From assembly GCA_025059535.1 (NCBI GenBank), contig JANXCX010000019.1:68363-132362 (forward strand): DNA of 64,000 nucleotides. Direction: 5' to 3'. Origin of the DNA: Bacteroidia bacterium. Lineage in GTDB: Bacteria; Bacteroidota; Bacteroidia; SpSt-205. How positions within the stretch are numbered: the first letter of the stretch is position 1; every line of letters starts with the position of its first letter. Below the pieces are notes generated by a model. It had not been told where the DNA came from and ran no database searches. It worked only from the letters and a program-made list of their open reading frames with translations. The position numbers and the translations under genes were made by a program. Of this stretch, positions 17,350 through 27,448 are shown piece by piece.

Positions 17350-18969
17350 TTCCTCAGCCATGGCTTGGTGTATCTCTGAGAAAGCCTCTGCGGAAGGTAG
17401 CTTCCACTCCTTCACTACCTCAAACTCAAAGAATATCTCCTCAAATCCGCCCACCCAAAAGCACCAGAGACGCGCCGCCAAAAAAGGTGATAGATTAGCA
17501 AAAAGGTCAATGATATACCCTACAAAAAGGGCCGGATAAAATAGGTAAGGCTTCAAGGTGAGCTTTTTGAGGTACTTCTGGCCAAACCAGTGCAGCTTTA
17601 GCCTGCGCAGCTTGTAGGTTACGCCTGTATAACCGCCCTTAAAGGTTGGATCAAAGTAGTAAAAGAATGTTACATCAAAACCACGCTTGTGGTCGGGGTG
17701 GGTAAACCCCCGGGAAAAGTGGGGCACACGCACACGCACAAGTCCTCCTGGCCTAGTAATGCGATGAATTTCACACATAACTCGTAAGGGATCGCTAAGA
17801 TGCTCTAGGCAGTGATTAATCTCTACTAGGTCAAATTGATTATCCTCAAAAGGATAGGGAAAGATTTCTAAGTTATGAATTACATCAGCATGATCACGGT
17901 TATAGTAATCCACATTCAGAAAGCCTTCTTTGGGAAAATTACCTGAGCCTAGGTTGAGCTTACGCTTAGAAAGCTTTATGGGATTGCGGATATGCCCAAA
18001 GCCGGCCCAAGAGTTCTGATTGCGCCAGTATAGCTGAGGTTCTATGCCCAACCGCCGCCAATAGCCCGCAAACTCCTCCCGACTGAGGTAATAGGCTACA
18101 GAAGGGGTTAGATGATCATACACAATTAGCCAAATCTCTCTAAAGGAAAAAGGGACTAGATGGGAGAGATAGGGGCTGTAGGGAAGAAATTTTTGGAGTG
18201 GCCGCCATCTATACAGCAACTTGATAGCTAAGTAGAGGGGAACTGTCATAAGAAAGGAGAGGACCATAAGGGCGCTATGGGGAAGACGGGAGGTGATATA
18301 ACGCCGCAAGAGGCCTACGCCCTTTTCCACCCAGTAGTTATTTTCCTTCCCATATACCCAAATCGAGAGGGCTCCCCCTTGACGCACTACCTTAGCTATA
18401 CAGCGAAAAGCCTCCTCTGGATCCGGCGTATGATGAATTACCCCTATGCTGAAGGCATAGTCAATTTTCCCCAGCTGGAGAGGCAGATGGAAAATATCTC
18501 CTTGTACTACGTGAACTTGGGGCAAATGAGCGGTATTAGCGAAGCTGACTTCTACGGCCTCACTTAGATCTACGCCAATTACCGCTTTAGCACCCCAGCG
18601 TGCCGCATAAATAAGATGCCGACCTTTTCCACAACCCGCATCCAGTACTACCTTGCCTTGAAAAAACTCAGGCCGTACAGGGTGGATAAAGCTTAGGAAC
18701 TGCTGCTCATAGAAGGGATGCGCAACTTCTCGAAAAGTTTGCCATTGCTTGCCAAATCGCTTGATCGTATTATCATGCCAGTCATAGTCCCGAATATCAT
18801 TTAGCAGTAGTCTAGGTATGCCACGCACGATGGGAAACGTATGGCTGCATTTTTCACATCGAATCTTCCCGAAAAGTATATGCTCGCCCTCCTTCTGCTG
18901 AATCTCCTCTAAGTGAAGAGGGCTGTGGCAAGCTGGACATCCCAAATACTCTAAGGCCTCTGGTCGCAT
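17335..18969 (-). CDS. Trm112-like domain fused to two class I SAM-dependent methyltransferase domains
   Basis: CPAC...C.KC...FPI..GIPRLL; VLDAGCGKGRH and SIGVIHHTPDP; second domain KLNLGSG...NVD...PFEDN.FD...HCLEH...G.V.V.VPH. Start moved to ATG 18969, 4 nt after a -7 box. Confidence 0.85.
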   Translation of the reverse strand: MRPEALEYLGCPACHSPLHLEEIQQKEGEHILFGKIRCEKCSHTFPIVRGIPRLLLNDIRDYDWHDNTIKRFGKQWQTFREVAHPFYEQQFLSFIHPVRPEFFQGKVVLDAGCGKGRHLIYAARWGAKAVIGVDLSEAVEVSFANTAHLPQVHVVQGDIFHLPLQLGKIDYAFSIGVIHHTPDPEEAFRCIAKVVRQGGALSIWVYGKENNYWVEKGVGLLRRYITSRLPHSALMVLSFLMTVPLYLAIKLLYRWRPLQKFLPYSPYLSHLVPFSFREIWLIVYDHLTPSVAYYLSREEFAGYWRRLGIEPQLYWRNQNSWAGFGHIRNPIKLSKRKLNLGSGNFPKEGFLNVDYYNRDHADVIHNLEIFPYPFEDNQFDLVEINHCLEHLSDPLRVMCEIHRITRPGGLVRVRVPHFSRGFTHPDHKRGFDVTFFYYFDPTFKGGYTGVTYKLRRLKLHWFGQKYLKKLTLKPYLFYPALFVGYIIDLFANLSPFLAARLWCFWVGGFEEIFFEFEVVKEWKLPSAEAFSEIHQAMAEELQTQ

Positions 18970-18973
18970 TTGG

Positions 18974-18981
18974 CAAAGGTA
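18974..18981 (-). promoter_or_regulatory. -7 box TACCTTTG, 4 nt before ATG 18969
   Basis: Minus strand reads TACCTTTG-ccaa-ATG. Confidence 0.7.
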
Positions 18982-19005
18982 GATCAAGTTCTGAATTTCT
19001 CTGGC

Positions 19006-20355
19006 CTACCCTTCTACCCAAGCGAGAAGCGCATATAGCTGAACAACTTCCAGGCCGTAACGGGCATACAGATCGTATAAAGCGCTCATTGCAGCAAAGG
19101 CTTCACGCTCGCGCCGATTGACTACAAATAGATCACTCTCGCCCGCCTGATAGCGCACAAGTTCCAGCTCTACTAGTTCCCATAGCCCACTTACTAAGCT
19201 GCGCTGCAGCTCAATCTGCCGATTGAGTGAGTCAATAAGGCCTATCTGCCCTAAGGCTTTATTATAGAGAGAGCGGGCTTCAAACTCCTGCTCGGCCAGG
19301 ATCTGCTGAATTTGAAGCTGTGTCATGGCAAGCTCAGCCCGCGTACGCCGCAAGTAAAGCGGCATGGCAAAGGTAAGGCCAAATTTATATCCGCTTTGAA
19401 CGCTTTGAAATGAAAGGTTTCGCCAACTAAACGCATCTCTAAGCCAGAGATACTCTAATTGGAGCTGGGGGCGCAGTTGCTCCATAGCCCAGCGGCGGTG
19501 AATCTGCCTTTCCTGTTTTTTGAGCGCATAGAGGCGCAGTTTAGGATGGTTTGCTATGAGGTCCTGCCAGATTGCGTGGGGAATCGCAGGCACAGTACTG
19601 TCTGGGCGATAGCGGCGCGAAAAGTTATCCCCTACATTCGAAGTGTCCCAGAGGTGCCTTTGCACCGCTAAAGCCTTGCGTTCCAGATCGGCCTGAGCGC
19701 CTAAAAGGGCTTGCTGGCGCGCTTGCACCTCTACCCATCCTTCCAGGGTATCTGCCCGCGTCGCTTCCCCTTTAGCAAAAGCCACCCGCAGAAAATTCAA
19801 ACGCGCCCAAGCTACTTGAAGCTGTTGGGAAAGTACTTGTACCTTGTAATACGCGGCAAACCAGTCCCAGTAATCCCGGCCTATCTCTAAAAGCAGTTCG
19901 GCCAGGGCTAGCCGGCGCTCTTCCACCGCCATGCGCGCATAAACCTGGGCCTTCTGAATAGCGGCGCGCCGGTAGTCTAAAAAAAGTCCCTGCCCCAGTA
20001 GGGGTATGCTTATACCAAACCCCACAAACCCACTTGCGGGAGTAACGTCTTCGGGATTGAGGGAAAAGCCGCCAGTTTGTTCATACACGCCCTTTAGGTC
20101 AATCCCATTCCACACGGGTATTTTGAGGTCAGCGCTAAAAAGCGCATAGTACAACTGACGCTTGTATAGCTTCTCCGTGAAACTAGCCTGCAGAGTGGGA
20201 TCCCATACACCTTTAGCGGCGGTGGCCTCCCACTGAGCTATGAGGGGAGTGAGCCCTATAGCTCGGGCTAGTGGATGATGAGAAAGAACTCTCTTGTAAA
20301 GCTCAGCTAAAGAAAGGCACACCTGAGCATATATGGGTAGGAGTAAAATCTTCAT
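19006..20355 (-). CDS. TolC-family outer membrane efflux protein
   Basis: LSL.E....L.HHP, A.G.WDP.L, G.SDLF.VN.RE; follows the HlyD gene with an ATGA overlap. Confidence 0.88.
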   Translation of the reverse strand: MKILLLPIYAQVCLSLAELYKRVLSHHPLARAIGLTPLIAQWEATAAKGVWDPTLQASFTEKLYKRQLYYALFSADLKIPVWNGIDLKGVYEQTGGFSLNPEDVTPASGFVGFGISIPLLGQGLFLDYRRAAIQKAQVYARMAVEERRLALAELLLEIGRDYWDWFAAYYKVQVLSQQLQVAWARLNFLRVAFAKGEATRADTLEGWVEVQARQQALLGAQADLERKALAVQRHLWDTSNVGDNFSRRYRPDSTVPAIPHAIWQDLIANHPKLRLYALKKQERQIHRRWAMEQLRPQLQLEYLWLRDAFSWRNLSFQSVQSGYKFGLTFAMPLYLRRTRAELAMTQLQIQQILAEQEFEARSLYNKALGQIGLIDSLNRQIELQRSLVSGLWELVELELVRYQAGESDLFVVNRREREAFAAMSALYDLYARYGLEVVQLYALLAWVEG

Positions 20356-21710
20356 TTAGACTTTTGGGCAGTGGATTGATAGAATTGCGGATATAAGTCA
20401 GGGGGGAAGCCGTTTATTTGTCGCCAGATTTCATACCAGATAGGTACATCATTGAGCAGGAACCATCCGCGCACACCGCCCCCGAGGCGTAAGTAGGGGG
20501 TAGGCCAAGACTTATCGGCAGGGTCCGGCGCTACAAGCACACGAAAAAGCCCCGTACCTGTATCCACATAATCCACCGTAGAAACGATGCCGCCAAAGGT
20601 GCCAAAGCTCAAGCGCGGCCAGCCAGAAAATACAAAAGCCGGCCAACCGTCAAATTGCAGACGCACCGACGTTCCCGCCTTGAGTAGGGCTACATCCATA
20701 GGGCGCACGAAGAGCTCCACGGCCAAACTGTAGGCCCGCGGCATAAATACAGCTAGGGGTTCCCCCTCTTTGATGATTTCCCCTATGCCAGTCTTAATTG
20801 CCCGCACTACGTAGCCATCCTGTGGGGCCACTACCGCATAAAACCTACTGCGCACCTCTATGTTAGCCACCTCATTGCGCATTTTTGCAATGGCGGCGCG
20901 TAGGTCATATATATAGGCCTCGGTGCTGCGCAATTCGGATTCTACCTTAGCTATCTTTTCCGCATATTCCGCACGTAGGACGCTGATTTGGAGTTGGGCA
21001 TTCTCTTTATCGGCTAAGGCGGCCTTCCAGCGATTTTGGGCGGCTGTGAGCTTAGCTTCGGCCTCTTGGAAGCGCATCTGACGAACCTGAAGCTCCGTAA
21101 GCGAGCGAAGGCCACGGGCATATAGACTTTCTTGACGGGCGTATTGGTCTTTGGCCAGGCGGTACTCCAGTAAGGCCGCGGCGTAAGCCGCACTATCGGC
21201 TTGGTAGCGCAGTACAGCCTGTAAAAAGGCATTCTGGGCCCGCGCTAGGCTCGCTTCCCTGGCCTCTTCAAGGGCCGCCCTCTGCTGCTGTAGGGCCTCC
21301 AGCTTCCGCTCCTGAGCCTGGAGCGTCCCGATCTTTGCTTCCAACTGCTCGCGCAGACGCACTAGAAGCGCCGGATCTAAGTAGGAGTCCTTGATTTCCC
21401 CCAGCAAAATCAGGGTGTCGCCCGTTTTTACCAGCTGACCCTCCTTGACATACCACCGCACGATCCGCCCAGGGATAAATGCATGGAGCGTCTGGGGACG
21501 CACGTCGGGCGAAAAGGAAGTTACGCGTCCTGTGGCCGCTATGTTTTGCGTCCATGGAGCAAAAAGAAAGGCCAAAAATATTCCCGCAATTATGCCTAAT
21601 ATCCGCAGACCGCGGCGCACCCAAATCGGCGGCTCTACCACGCGCGCTATAGAATAGCCTACTTCATCCATGCGGTCGGTGAGGAACTCTTCCCCCAGGC
21701 GCAGCTTCAT
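20352..21710 (-). CDS. HlyD-family membrane fusion protein
   Basis: One TM, PWTQN...G.V, I.GRI..W.V.EGQ.V..GD, coiled coil, APQDG.V and VRLQFDGWPA..FSGWP. Confidence 0.92.
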   Translation of the reverse strand: MKLRLGEEFLTDRMDEVGYSIARVVEPPIWVRRGLRILGIIAGIFLAFLFAPWTQNIAATGRVTSFSPDVRPQTLHAFIPGRIVRWYVKEGQLVKTGDTLILLGEIKDSYLDPALLVRLREQLEAKIGTLQAQERKLEALQQQRAALEEAREASLARAQNAFLQAVLRYQADSAAYAAALLEYRLAKDQYARQESLYARGLRSLTELQVRQMRFQEAEAKLTAAQNRWKAALADKENAQLQISVLRAEYAEKIAKVESELRSTEAYIYDLRAAIAKMRNEVANIEVRSRFYAVVAPQDGYVVRAIKTGIGEIIKEGEPLAVFMPRAYSLAVELFVRPMDVALLKAGTSVRLQFDGWPAFVFSGWPRLSFGTFGGIVSTVDYVDTGTGLFRVLVAPDPADKSWPTPYLRLGGGVRGWFLLNDVPIWYEIWRQINGFPPDLYPQFYQSTAQKSK

Positions 21711-23830
21711 TCGCGAAAGAAGGGATTATAGGCTTGCACTAAAGGCAGAACCTCCTTATACCCACCTACATGCCTTATCTCGCCCTCTTGGAGAAGTATT
21801 ATGCGGTCGCACAGCTGCATCACGCGCGGATCTTGGGAAACCACCAGAGCAGTATAGGGCATAGTAGGCGAAAGAATGTATTCATAGATGGGGCCTTTGA
21901 CGGGCCAGTCCACCGTCGCAAAGAGGTCATCCACAAAAAGTAGGGCCGGGTGCATAAGCAGGGCACGCGCCAAAATAAGGCGACGCTGGTCTAAACCGCT
22001 GAGCACCCCGCGGCCGCGCGGCGGCAGAGGGGTGAAAAATCCTTGCGGCAAGCGCTCAATTACCTCTTTCAGACCTAACCGCTCGCATACCCGCATCACC
22101 TCGTCCCAACTTAGGTCACGTGCCCCTAAGGTGAGATTCTCCCACACTGTGGCCTCCACAATCTCCTCTACATCTAGGGCATCACCTATGCGAGCCCGAA
22201 GCGCTACGAGATTGAGATGGCGCAGGTTCATGCCCTCTATATATACCTCGCCCCGATAGTCGGGATAAAGCCCATAGAGAACATAGAGTAGGCTAGTTTT
22301 ACCGCTGCCAGAAGGTCCTGTAAGACACACTTTTTCGCCGGCTTCTACCTCTAAGCAGATATTACGTAGGATAGGCTGTACTTGACCATTCCCGCGAGAC
22401 TGAAATACCACTAGATTCTGGAGGGTTACCTGATAGGCTGGTTTAGGCGGCGGTTGCAGGCCTATAGTTTTCTCCTGCGGCTGGGTAAAAAGCTGGCTCA
22501 ATTTATCCATCCCTACAAAGGCATCATATAACGCATCCAGCTGGCCTACGAGATCTTGGACGGCATTTAGGATAATTACCAGCACGACCTCCGAGGCTAC
22601 AAAGGCGCCGAGGCTGAGACGCTGGTCTTCCGTCACCAGCCAGGCGCCTACCCCAATCATGAGGGCCGCTAGGCTAATCTGGTAGAAGTAAAGCAGCCCC
22701 TTTTGCCAAAGAAGGGCCCGAAAGTACTGCTCACGCGCCCGCAGATACCGCTCTTCTAGGTCTTGAGTGCGCCGATACAGAATAGGCGGAAATCCCGCTA
22801 CCTTGAAGGTAAGCAGACTTCGAGCGATCTCCTCTAACCAGCTTGCCATCCGATATTTCTCATCGGAGACCGCCTTCTTTTTCTTATAGGCTGGCCAGAA
22901 ACTATAGTACAGAAGTAGCCCTACTATGACCGTCAGGAGTACAGCCGAAATCGCCAGTATATACCCTTTAGAAAAAAACACATACAAGAAAAATAGGGCC
23001 AAGCCAAATACTATAGTAACAATATCGGCTGGTATGTTGATAAGAAGCTTAGCGATATTCTTTTCAAGGGTGAAAATTTCAAAATAGCGATTGACAAGGC
23101 CGGGTAAATTCTCACGCACCACAGCTGGGAAAAACCAGCGCGGCACATGATGCACAATCTCTAAAGTAGAATGCAAAAATAGGCGGCGCTGAAGGTTCTC
23201 CATAAGCACATATTGACCCAGCCGTACAAAAGCCCCTACAATTAGGATAAGAATAGCCAAAACAATCATGGTAGCAAGTCCGGAAACTTGCTGAAGCGTC
23301 TGGACATAGCTAAAGATGGCCTGAATTACTAAAGGCACGAGGAGCAAAGCTCCCCCTGAAACTATCGCATATAGGTAGATATATGCTACCAGCTGCCGTT
23401 CAGCGGAGAAGAATTGAAATAAGCGGCTCCAAGGTTTAGTTGCCTGGGTAACGAAAGGGGAAGCAAAAAAACCACGCGGTACAATCAGATAGGCCAAAAG
23501 ATTTTCGCCGATTCCTTGTTGCATAAGCTCGGAGGGAGTAAAAGTGCCCAGCAGGTTATCATCCTGCCAGAACTCCCATTTATTATCCGCTGTGGGCAGA
23601 GCTAAGTAGAAGCGCTTCCAATCTCGTTGAACTAAGAGAAAAGGCACGCGCCGGCGCCGAAGATAGCGAGCCAAACTTTGGCGCGAGAAAGGATAAGTAA
23701 GGGCCACCAGATTAGCCTCAGCCAGCCATTCTTGAAGGGTATCAAAAGAATTAGGCCACCTATCCTCATATACGGTAAGGACCAGCTCCTGATCATAAAA
23801 GTCCGCTAGTTCCTGAAGGTAAACCTGCAC
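21707..23830 (-). CDS. T1SS-type ABC transporter (TMD plus NBD, N-terminal C39-like remnant) with a degenerate NBD
   Basis: Transmembrane domain, Walker A GPSGSGKT, signature LSGLD, Walker B LFVDD and switch SQD. Confidence 0.88.
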   Translation of the reverse strand: MQVYLQELADFYDQELVLTVYEDRWPNSFDTLQEWLAEANLVALTYPFSRQSLARYLRRRRVPFLLVQRDWKRFYLALPTADNKWEFWQDDNLLGTFTPSELMQQGIGENLLAYLIVPRGFFASPFVTQATKPWSRLFQFFSAERQLVAYIYLYAIVSGGALLLVPLVIQAIFSYVQTLQQVSGLATMIVLAILILIVGAFVRLGQYVLMENLQRRLFLHSTLEIVHHVPRWFFPAVVRENLPGLVNRYFEIFTLEKNIAKLLINIPADIVTIVFGLALFFLYVFFSKGYILAISAVLLTVIVGLLLYYSFWPAYKKKKAVSDEKYRMASWLEEIARSLLTFKVAGFPPILYRRTQDLEERYLRAREQYFRALLWQKGLLYFYQISLAALMIGVGAWLVTEDQRLSLGAFVASEVVLVIILNAVQDLVGQLDALYDAFVGMDKLSQLFTQPQEKTIGLQPPPKPAYQVTLQNLVVFQSRGNGQVQPILRNICLEVEAGEKVCLTGPSGSGKTSLLYVLYGLYPDYRGEVYIEGMNLRHLNLVALRARIGDALDVEEIVEATVWENLTLGARDLSWDEVMRVCERLGLKEVIERLPQGFFTPLPPRGRGVLSGLDQRRLILARALLMHPALLFVDDLFATVDWPVKGPIYEYILSPTMPYTALVVSQDPRVMQLCDRIILLQEGEIRHVGGYKEVLPLVQAYNPFFRE

Positions 23831-23833
23831 GTG

Positions 23834-25264
23834 CTAGCTGAGTTTCTCTGTAAGAAGTCGTTGAACTTCCTGAGGATCGGCTTTGCCACCCGACCGACGC
23901 ATCACCTGCCCTACAAAAAAGCCTAGAAGCCCTTTTTTGCCCTTGCGGTAGGTTTCGACTTTATCTGGATTTTCCGCTAATACTTCCCCTATCCAGCGCT
24001 CCAAGGTGGCGTGATCCTGAAGAAGGATAAGATCCTTCTCTTGCGCTAGAGCAAGCGGATCGGCCTGAGGGTCGTGGATGAGGGCAGGAAAAAGCACCTC
24101 ACGCGCCATAGTAAAGCTTACTAGGCGCCGCTCCACAAGGTCTATAAGACGCGCCAGCCGCGCCGGGGGCACAGGGAAAGCGCTCATTTCCAAAGCCTGG
24201 GCATTGAGATAGGCTCGTATGGGCCCATTAAGCCAGACGGCTGCCACTTTCGGTGAAATACCCTCACCTAAGAGTCCCTGAAAATACTCCACATAGGGCC
24301 TGTCCTCCGTAATAAGGGTAGCCTCTTCCACGGAAAGCCCATAGGCTTCCGTAAGCCGATCAAAAAGCTCTTCGGGAAGCTCTGGCAGGCTCGCTCTGAG
24401 GTTTTGCAGCCAAGCCTCCGAAATCCGAATAGGTGGTAGGTCTGGCTCAGGGAAATAGCGGTAATCCTCTGCCGTCTCCTTTTCGCGCAAGGGTAGGGTC
24501 TGGCTCCCATCCCAAGTGCGCGTTTCGCGTTTTACCTCCTGGCCAGCCTCCAAAAGGGCTACCTGCCGCTGAAACTCATACTCCAAAGCCTTGCCCAAAG
24601 CGGTAATGGAGTTTAGGTTTTTGATTTCTACCCGCGTACCCAAGCTTTCTTGACCCACTGGCCGAACGGAGATGTTGGCATCACACCGCAGGCTTCCTTC
24701 CTCCATGTTTCCATCGCAGATCCCCAAAAAGCGAACAAGGCGGCGCAAATGGCTCAAGTAGGCCATGGCCTCTTGGGGCGTACGCAGGTCAGGCGCACTT
24801 ACAATCTCTACTAGCCCTATGCCCGCACGATTGAAGTCCAGAAGGGTATCAAACGGGTCTTGGTCATGCAGGCTCTTACCCGTATCTTCTTCCAATTGCA
24901 GCCGTTCAATCCCCACACGGCGCCGACTACCATCAGGTAGCCGAATCCATACCTCCCCACCATACGCAATCGGAGCAGCCTCTTGGGTAATTTGATAACC
25001 CTTTGGAAGGTCTGGATAAAAATAATTTTTGCGAGAAAAGAAGAACTCCTTAGCGATAGTGCAGCGCAGAGCAAGTCCCAGGCGCACCACCGCCTCAATA
25101 CAGGCGCGATTTACTACGGGTAAAGTACCGGGATAGCCTAAGGAGATCCACGAGACGAACTGATTTGGGGGAGCACCGAAAGTAACAGCTTCGGGCGCAA
25201 ATACCTTGGCTTCGGTCTGGAGCTGCGCATGCACCTCCAGCCCTACTACCATCTCATAGCCCAT
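23834..25264 (-). CDS. gatB: Asp/Glu-tRNA amidotransferase subunit B
   Basis: Motifs GLEVHAQL, RKNYFYPDLPKGYQITQ, LEED.GKS, DFNRAG, NMEEGSLRCDAN, EIKNLNS and DYRYFPEPDL. Confidence 0.97.
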   Translation of the reverse strand: MGYEMVVGLEVHAQLQTEAKVFAPEAVTFGAPPNQFVSWISLGYPGTLPVVNRACIEAVVRLGLALRCTIAKEFFFSRKNYFYPDLPKGYQITQEAAPIAYGGEVWIRLPDGSRRRVGIERLQLEEDTGKSLHDQDPFDTLLDFNRAGIGLVEIVSAPDLRTPQEAMAYLSHLRRLVRFLGICDGNMEEGSLRCDANISVRPVGQESLGTRVEIKNLNSITALGKALEYEFQRQVALLEAGQEVKRETRTWDGSQTLPLREKETAEDYRYFPEPDLPPIRISEAWLQNLRASLPELPEELFDRLTEAYGLSVEEATLITEDRPYVEYFQGLLGEGISPKVAAVWLNGPIRAYLNAQALEMSAFPVPPARLARLIDLVERRLVSFTMAREVLFPALIHDPQADPLALAQEKDLILLQDHATLERWIGEVLAENPDKVETYRKGKKGLLGFFVGQVMRRSGGKADPQEVQRLLTEKLS

Positions 25265-25268
25265 GCAG

Positions 25269-25276
25269 CAAAGATA
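25269..25276 (-). promoter_or_regulatory. -7 box TATCTTTG, 4 nt before the gatB ATG
   Basis: Minus strand reads TATCTTTG-ctgc-ATG(25264). Confidence 0.75.
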
Positions 25277-25285
25277 AAAAGGGCG

Positions 25286-27448
25286 CTACAAGAAAGGAAA
25301 GCGCCGGCGACGGTAGCGTACCCGAACTTTGAGTTCAGCTCCTGGGGCTAGGTGCACTTGGCCCTCTGGTTCAACTTCTATGCGTCCTTCGCCCGTCAGC
25401 GAAGCCCCAGGCAGCAGTTCTAAGCGACTTCCGCGTCGCAGGATGATTCGGCCACGGCGTCGCAGTACTACACGCGCATGGGGCTCCACTTGAAGCACGG
25501 TAGTATCACTATACCAGTGCCGCTTCTCCAGCGAGTCGTAGCCCCGACTCACCCCATACACAGGACTGGCGCTGCGATCTAAAAGCACCCAACTGCTTAT
25601 ATCCAGCGCAGGGGCAAGCGAGTCAAAGGGATTGGGGCTTACGACGATGGTACCGCACCAACGCACTGGCCGACGCACCTGGAAGTGATCCCACCCTACC
25701 TCTACCAGTAGAGCGCCATCTGAGCGTTCGGCTAAAATCCGAATATATAGTCCGCTTAGCCAAATGCGCCTATTATCATAAGGGGCTGGCTGTGCGTAGG
25801 TAGGGCCTCGGTAGCCCTCGGCTGAAATTAGCGTATATACTGGCACGGGGGCGGGATTAGTCTCTAAGCTCAGCTCGGTCTGCGTACGAAAGCCGAACCC
25901 ATCTTCCCTATCTCCCATATTATACCAGGAGACGCAGGCGGAGTCGCCTTTCCACTCTAAGTACCACAAACCCTCGCTTTCGCCTATAGGTGCCACTTTG
26001 CCGTCCCCATTCGCATCCACGGCCAGGTACATGTCATTCATACCCGTGAAGGGATTAGGCAGGCTGGCGGATTTATCTAGGGCTAGGCCCTTGGGAGTGG
26101 AGCGAAACGCAAAGTCGTAATTCCCTTCCGCCGTTACGGTAAAAAGCCAACTACCGAGGCCGTTAGGATGCGCGGGATTGTCCGTATAGAGGAAGGGGTC
26201 TTCTTTTCTATCTTTACCTACTTGGATGTAGGCGTAGAGGGCGGGCCACCCGCGCAAGGGGGGTGGGGGCTTATCCTCACAATTCCCCCCTAAAAAAGGC
26301 GCCCATACCTCCGACGAAGCGATGAAGCGACGATTTTCGAGCCAGAGGTACTGGTTTTTTACCTCTGCCCCGCCTTTTTCGGTGTAGGGCAGGCGGATTC
26401 GCACCACATCGCCCGTGGTCATAAAGTCCCGTAGCCAGAAGCGCTGTTTTATTGGTTTAGGGGGTAGGTAGAGATCGGTGGGCACCTCGCGCCCTTCTTC
26501 ATTCAAGGCACTGATGAGGTAGGTTTTGTCTGGGGCTTTCCAGCCCATGAGCCAGCGGTCGTACCCTACTGCGTACATGGGCCGAATGCCCTGCACACTC
26601 AGGCTCCGCACAATGGGGAGGAAAGGAAAAGTATGGTAGCCTGCCCCGCCGCCCGTGTGCCAGTGATTGCCCCCATAAAGACCATGGAAAAATTCCTCCA
26701 AAAAGCCTAAGCTGGCGCCGCTGGCCGTAGCACAAGAGGTGAAGGAAGAAGCCGTTTCCACCCCGCCTGTGAATGGACCAAAGGGGGTAGTTAGGTCGCA
26801 GCTCCAAAGCCCAAAGCCATAATAGCAAGGAAAAGGCGGCCGTTGAATATCCAGGCGCTGGGCTAAATTTCGCCAAACGATGAATAGGACATCTAAGCGG
26901 GGCTTATAGTCGGGGGGAAAGGGGGTAGGTGTGCGCGGTTTGGGGAGGCCAGCCCGTTGAGGTAGAAGCTGCCATCGGTCAAAATAGGTCCATGGCACCC
27001 CCCGAGCGGTACGGAAGGGCCGCTGGCCCCAGGCCTCCACCACTAGCCCTACTTCTTGCGTCAGGCTATAGCTGCCGCCCAAGAGGCGCGTGCAAGGCAC
27101 CCGTACCACCTCGGGTAGATAATCGCCCAAGACCATAAATTGTCCAAATGAGGCTTCCGCATACGTACGTGTGATGCCGCCTTGCAGGCTCCGCCCTCTC
27201 TCTACGAAGGCGTCTAGCATAAGGGGGGCATCGTCGGGCACGCGCGTGCGTCCCAAAGAGTCGGTGGGCCAGCTCCGCCCATATTGGGCCTCATAGGGGT
27301 CCGCCCCACAGGCCGTATAATCCACCTCAGCAAAAACTACTAATACGTATATCGTGTCGTGGGTAGGCAGAAGGAAGCCCTCCTCCGTGCGGTACTGAGC
27401 GTAAAGTACGGAGAAAAGTCCACCCGCAACTACCAGCCATCGCCTCAT
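25286..27448 (-). CDS. Secreted protein resembling M6 (immune inhibitor A-like) metallopeptidases, with an atypical zinc motif
   Basis: Signal peptide LYA|Q; VLVVFAE, Y.EASFG.F...GD, LEEFFHGLYGGNHWH, DRWLMGW and QYLWLENR. Confidence 0.55.
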   Translation of the reverse strand: MRRWLVVAGGLFSVLYAQYRTEEGFLLPTHDTIYVLVVFAEVDYTACGADPYEAQYGRSWPTDSLGRTRVPDDAPLMLDAFVERGRSLQGGITRTYAEASFGQFMVLGDYLPEVVRVPCTRLLGGSYSLTQEVGLVVEAWGQRPFRTARGVPWTYFDRWQLLPQRAGLPKPRTPTPFPPDYKPRLDVLFIVWRNLAQRLDIQRPPFPCYYGFGLWSCDLTTPFGPFTGGVETASSFTSCATASGASLGFLEEFFHGLYGGNHWHTGGGAGYHTFPFLPIVRSLSVQGIRPMYAVGYDRWLMGWKAPDKTYLISALNEEGREVPTDLYLPPKPIKQRFWLRDFMTTGDVVRIRLPYTEKGGAEVKNQYLWLENRRFIASSEVWAPFLGGNCEDKPPPPLRGWPALYAYIQVGKDRKEDPFLYTDNPAHPNGLGSWLFTVTAEGNYDFAFRSTPKGLALDKSASLPNPFTGMNDMYLAVDANGDGKVAPIGESEGLWYLEWKGDSACVSWYNMGDREDGFGFRTQTELSLETNPAPVPVYTLISAEGYRGPTYAQPAPYDNRRIWLSGLYIRILAERSDGALLVEVGWDHFQVRRPVRWCGTIVVSPNPFDSLAPALDISSWVLLDRSASPVYGVSRGYDSLEKRHWYSDTTVLQVEPHARVVLRRRGRIILRRGSRLELLPGASLTGEGRIEVEPEGQVHLAPGAELKVRVRYRRRRFPFL

